64,000 nt of DNA from the human T2T-CHM13v2.0 reference genome, Homo sapiens: NCBI RefSeq assembly GCF_009914755.1, contig NC_060926.1; one strand, written 5' to 3'. A model generated the notes under the pieces. It made no database searches, was not told the DNA's origin, and was given only the letters and a program-made list of their open reading frames with translations. The number at the start of each line of letters is the position of its first letter. Position 1 is the stretch's first letter. Below are positions 58,571 to 64,000 of this stretch, in pieces. Both the position numbers and the translations under genes were made by a program.

Positions 58571-58683
58571 GTGCAGCACACCAACATGGCACATGTATAC
58601 ATATGTAACAAGCCGGCACGTTGTGCGCATATACCCTAAAACTTAAAGTATAATAAAAAAAATGAAAAAAAGTAAAAAATTAA
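58568..58683 (+). mobile_element. L1PA (about PA3-PA4-like) extreme 3' end with poly(A)
   Basis: tgggtgcagcacaccaacatggcacatgtatacatatgtaacaa...cacgttgtg...accctaaaacttaaagtataataaaaaa; AATAAA at 58652-58657. Confidence 0.93.
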
Positions 58684-59269
58684 AAAAAATCTTTTTAGAG
58701 CTGGGGTCTCACTACGTTGCCCAGACTTTTCTGAACTCCTGGACTCAAGTGACCCTCCCACCTCAGCCTCCCAAAATGTTGGGATTATAAACATGTGCCA
58801 CCATGAGCAGCCAAATCCTCATTTCTTGATGAAGATTCCTTCTCTGATAACTATCTTCTGATGCTGTGAGAGTGAACTGATATTTCCAAGAAAGGTGTAT
58901 CCCAGAGATTACAAACAGTGACCATCCAAAAAATATTAGAACTGCGCAGGGATCTTTCCAGAGCATTCTAAAAATGAAGCTTACAATAGATTTGATTGGC
59001 TGTGAAGTTGAAATGGGGAGGGAGGTAAACCTTATGCAGGTTGTTATAGGATGTTAATCTCCTGGGACAGAATGGGAATAGGTAAGGTGACAACTTTAAA
59101 ACAAATCAGAGAATTAAGAACATGGTTAAGAAATGATAGATTTTTGTGATCGGGGTTAAAAAGAGAGGAGCCATCTTTGATATAAAATAGGACTTTGTTT
59201 AACATTCTTGGGAAGATACTTCTCAGAATGGTGCATCTCACCCTTCCCATTGGCCAAGAGCGTCTCTTG

Positions 59270-59438
59270 AATATGGCTGACTTCCTGGACATGCAACCTG
59301 TGTAGTTAGAAGGGCCCATAGAAGTGCTCACCATTGGATTAATACTTTGCTGTTGCTGTCGTGAAAGGCTTTATCATTTTTGAACAGTCCCAATGTTTTC
59401 ATTTTTCACCGGACCTCATGCATGACGTACCAGTTCTG
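59270..59438. mobile_element. MER91-like hAT-Tip100 relic
   Basis: agaagggccc...ttaatactttgctgttgctgtc...catttttgaaca...ttttcatttt. Confidence 0.45.
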
Positions 59439-59865
59439 GTGAAGCAAATGAGGCTTTGCCAAATTTTTTCTAATTAAGTGGGACTTTTTCCTCCTTTGCA
59501 AGTGATTATTCCTTCAGGATAAAAAAGTTTTGAACCATGATGCATTTGTTTTATAAAATGAAAACCAGAGAAGACTGCAAAGGTAGTAACAGAAATGAAA
59601 AAATAAGCAAAAATGATAAGGCCAAAATTATTATTTTTCATATCTTTATGATCAAATATCTTTTCTTTATGATAAATAATCATGTTTTGAGAATTAGGAT
59701 TTTTGAAAGGATCAATTAAATGGCCTTTTCTGACTCTCGCATGTTGCTTCAACTGTGTAAGGTGAGTGATTGATCTTTTCATATTGATAGAATGGTTGTG
59801 ACTGAACAATCATGAGAGCCTGCTGTGGGTGAAGATATTGGTTTTCTTCCAAATAATTTGCATAT

Positions 59866-60245
59866 TATATTAGTCAATTTTCATACTGCTATAAAAAAAC
59901 TGCCCAAGACTGGGTAATTTATAAAGGAAAGAGGTTTAATTGGCTCACAGTTCAGCATGGCTGGGGAGGCCTCAGGAGACTTACAATGATGGCAGAAAGC
60001 GAAGGGCAAGCAAGGCATCTTCTTCACAAGGTGGCAGGAAGGAGAAGTGCCAAGGGAAGGGGGAAGAGCCCCTTATAAAAACCATCAGATCCCATGAGAA
60101 CTCACTCACTGTCACAAGAAAAGCATGGGGAAACTGCCCCCATGATCCAATTACCTCCACCTGGTCTCTCCCTTGATTCATGGGGATTACGGGGACTATA
60201 ATTCCAGATGAGATTTGGGTGGGGACACAAAACCTAACCATATCA
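59866..60245 (-). mobile_element. THE1D/MSTA-type MaLR solo LTR
   Basis: tatattagtc...gagatttgggtggggacacaaaacctaaccatatca with 5-bp TSD CATAT at 59861-59865 and 60246-60250. Confidence 0.92.
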
Positions 60246-60534
60246 CATATTTACCCAGAAATTTCAGAGTCATTGTGAGGTTGGTAAGTCAGTGTGACAC
60301 TGAGCAAGCCACTGGTGCCCCTTCTTGCCTAATGTCTAAAAATTCCTTTTCCTACTGTTCTTCTTGCTGTACATCGATAAAGGTTTATCAAACTTTGTGT
60401 TACTCCTCAGTTCTATCTAGGGATGGTGTAGCCAAGAAGTTGAAGAAAATTGAAAAGCTGTTTGTATATTCAGTATTTGCATTTTATATATTTTATAGCA
60501 TATAGTAGGATAATAGAGAAAATGTTAAGATTAT

Positions 60535-60723
60535 TTTTATTTTTATTTATTTGTTTACTTATTTGAGACAGAGTCTTGCTCTGTCACCCAGGCTGGAGTG
60601 CAGAGGAATGATCATAGGTCACAGTTATCTCAAACTCTTGAGCTCAGGCAATCCTCCACCTCAGCCTCCCCTGTAAACCCTAAAAGTGTTGGGATTTTAG
60701 GTGTGAGCCACTGCACCTGGCTG
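60535..60723 (-). mobile_element. Alu monomer (FRAM/FAM-like)
   Basis: gagacagagtcttgctctgtcacccaggctggagtg...gtgagccactgcacctggc; TSD AGATTATTTT. Confidence 0.85.
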
Positions 60724-60799
60724 AGATTATTTTTTAAATTGATTTAGATAGTATCCTTCATTGAGAAGCTCTGCTGAGCGTACATATAAAAGAATATCA

Positions 60800-61174
<375 letters not shown>

Positions 61175-62329
61175 CTAGATTCAAACTATTATCTATTGTT
61201 TCTCATTTGCATAATAATTGTATGACTGCTTTCCACCTCTGCTCCACTGTGGTGTTTTCTGTTCTAGCTTCTTATAATACTGAATTTGGACCAGCATATG
61301 TTTATCTGTTCACTCATTCATTAATAAAACAAAGTATTGACTACCTGCTATTAATAAATATTAAGCACAGTGTGTTGTGGGAGGAGAGAAGGACATTTTT
61401 TCCTACTTAATCATAATTAGCCTTAAATAGTTCCCTAGGAGTTTCGGGTGTGTATGTTCACACTCCTTTGGTGATGCTGAAGCATTTTGAGGACATGACT
61501 AGGTCTTACACACTTCGGATTGGGTGTTGCACACAGAATAAAGTCCATGAAACTTCCTGAGTTGAATTATATTTGGAAGACAAAAATAATTTCTGTCTGG
61601 CTTAGAAACATTAAGAACCCAAAGTCTATGCGTTAGGGAAGAGAAACAGTCGACATGGGTGCAGAGGTGTTTGTAATTAAGTGGGTGAACTTGCTTAGAT
61701 GAATGAAACCAGATTATTTGAGCAGGGCCAATGATGCCAGAGAAAAAGAAAAATACCAATGGAGAGTAAAATAAGTACACAAAATGAAAGATTCTGAAGT
61801 TTTGGAACGAAAGTTTTAGCTCAGGAAATGGAAGAATACTTGAGAGTTTCATGAGAAAAAAAATAAGTGATAGTGATAGATTGTAATTATGCAGACTTCT
61901 CTGAAGTCAAACAGAGAAGGGAGAGTATGAGATCTGTAGTGGTTATTAGAAGAATGATTAAGAGAAAGACTATGGCTTAATGTTTCTCTTTTGCCAAAGA
62001 TGTTAGAAAGTACTCAATAACATTAAAGCAGAAGAAACAGCAATAAAATAAGAAGGCATAGATACAGTGATGTCATTGAAAAAGCACACAGTCATTGAAT
62101 CTTTGGCTTTGGAGGGATCTCCATAACCATTTGTCAACATCCCCACGCCTGGCTGAACCACAGAATCACCTGGTGAACTGTTGAAAGAGATTCTGACATT
62201 CCTCACCTCATATGGTGAATCTTTCAAAGATGAGAAGGACGTAAATTTCACATAAGCTGTTCTTAGCCCTTTTTGGTCCCTTAAAATTACCCCATTCTTA
62301 ATTTTTGTCTCCTGAGTTTCCATAAATTA

Positions 62330-63450
62330 TCTATGTATTCATCCAGCAACTTGAAATTCACTATTTTGCTGTTTTCAGAACTGTATACGTGCTTTCTTGT
62401 CCAATCACCGCTACTCTTTTAAAAATTGAGACCTTAGCCTGGATCTTCTGCATCTCTTATGTCTTCTAGGATTACTCAAAGATCCCCACAGAAGTTCTGC
62501 AGTCACATCTGTGAGTTCCTTCAGTGAACTCTGATAAGATTCATTTGGGCCTAGAGACACAAACTCATAAAGCGGCTAGATGCTCCCTTTTAGTTTTATC
62601 ACCTCTCTCAGGCTTCGGTTGCTTCTTAATCTGTTGTTTTGTGGCTTAGTGTGAAGATCATTCTCATTGATAGGGAAGATGGCAGCAAACAGAATGCTTG
62701 AGTTTTTGTTCTCTCTTACTGTCATCTGCTAATACTATAATATCTGCCCCAAGGGGCGTGTGAATCATTCTTTTCCTTCACTCTAAACATACGCTAACAA
62801 TTCCTTTTATTGTCCTCTGCATTTTTCTCAAGCTTGAGCTTATTCTCAGATTTAACCCTTCCTGACACTATTCTTACCCAGTTCTCTCTTGCATTCGTTT
62901 TAGACGGTGTGCTTTCCCACCCCCGTCTTTTGAATAATTCCTGTTTCATCAGCCACATGCCATTCTTTACATTCCTACCACCTCGGTGGCATTTTAACTC
63001 ATCTGTATAGTTTTTAGCATTTATCATTATCAAAATTTTATTGTTGAATGCCTTGCTTCCCCCTTAAGACATCTTTCTTGTCTTAGACCCTGGTCATGGG
63101 GCCGTATCATTCTTTCCTCTGAACTTGTAGAAATTTGTGCCCTTCCATTTTTGAGAAGTGTTGTCTGTGGCGCAGCTTGCTTTAAATTCGCAAACATTTC
63201 TGGATCCTCCCTAGACCTGTGAAATCAGAATTTTTGAAGGTAGCTCTTGAAAATGTGATAATTAGTAAATCTATAATGTTTGGGAATTATGCTGCCCAGC
63301 AATTTCATTCCCTGACTCTTACAAACACCAAGCAATTCTCTCAAGGTTTCCATCGCTTTAACTTTGCTTTATTGGTCCAGAGTAATAGCTCCTCTCATTA
63401 GTCTCTTCAACTTTCGAAAGATTAAATTGTCAGCAAGTTAATAATTCATC
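62330..63450 (-). mobile_element. Ancient L3/CR1 ORF2 remnant
   Basis: Minus strand gcagatgacagtaagagagaacaaaaactcaagcattctgtttgctgccatcttc resembles the CR1 segment encoding D-x-EKAELLN-x-FAS-x-F; highly degenerate. Confidence 0.4.
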
Positions 63451-63699
63451 TGTTCTGCTTTTAGGACAGTACAACTTTGGAAAATCACTTGAATTTCTCT
63501 AGATACTACTATATCTTGTCTCCACAATAATAACATGAAATATATAAGGGAAATCTTATGCATGTACTCTGGCTGGCTAGGTTGCCAGTAATCTGTTTCC
63601 ATTAGAGTCATACCATAAGCTTTCCTTTTTGTTTCCTCTTTTATTTTGGACTGAGTGCAAAGAGTTGGGTGAACAGTAATCCTCAGTTCATGGCTCTAT

Positions 63700-64000
63700 C
63701 GTCATTTGTCTATACAAAACTCTTTCCCTGTTTGATTTTCCCCTTTAATCCTTAATCTATACTCCTTTTACCCTCTGCATGTAGTGACTTAAGTGTTTGG
63801 GATATATCCACAAATAATTAGAGTTGTTTTGTGTAGATATATGTAATTCACAGAAATGGTATTGTGCTCAAAATATCATTGTTTTCTTTTTTCCACTCAG
63901 CATTGTTTTTAATATCTCTTTCACACAATTTTGTATCCTTTAATCATATTATATAGTATGTATATGGACATCTGCTTAGCTTCTAAGCACCCTTTACCGC
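63700..64000 (-). mobile_element. Old L1M(E)-like 3' fragment
   Basis: aatggtattgtgct...ttttttccactcagcattgttttt is typical of antisense L1M 3' UTR. Confidence 0.45.

Larger units (their letters stand above)
58196..58812 (-). mobile_element. AluJ, split in its linker by the tRNA-LTR-L1 insertion
   Basis: Right arm at about 58246-58405 and left arm at about 58696-58812; AluJ diagnostics gcagcctcgacctcctgggctcaag. Confidence 0.92.

Overview
Human (or great-ape) genomic DNA from inside the large polarity gene PARD3B (PAR3L/ALS2CR19), transcribed on the + strand. Two coding exons are visible (4760-4966 and 5694-5931), and the rest is intron filled with Alu, L1, MIR, L2, L3/CR1, MaLR/ERV LTRs, DNA-transposon relics and microsatellites. 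Nearly all ORFs in the track are spurious. The standout is a roughly 260-bp insertion (58423-58683) inside an AluJ, flanked by a 17-bp target-site duplication. It consists of a full-length mature tRNA-Glu(CTC) with CCA, joined to the antisense U5 end of a HERV-E-type LTR, then an L1PA 3' tail and poly(A). This reads as a retroviral tRNA-primed minus-strand reverse-transcription intermediate captured by LINE-1, with proto-SINE architecture. Also notable are a possible alternative PARD3B C-terminus just after the second exon, a double Alu sharing one TSD, and a 5'-inverted old L1. Repeat subfamily names come from my recall of consensus sequences, not from a database search, and boundaries of old repeats are approximate.
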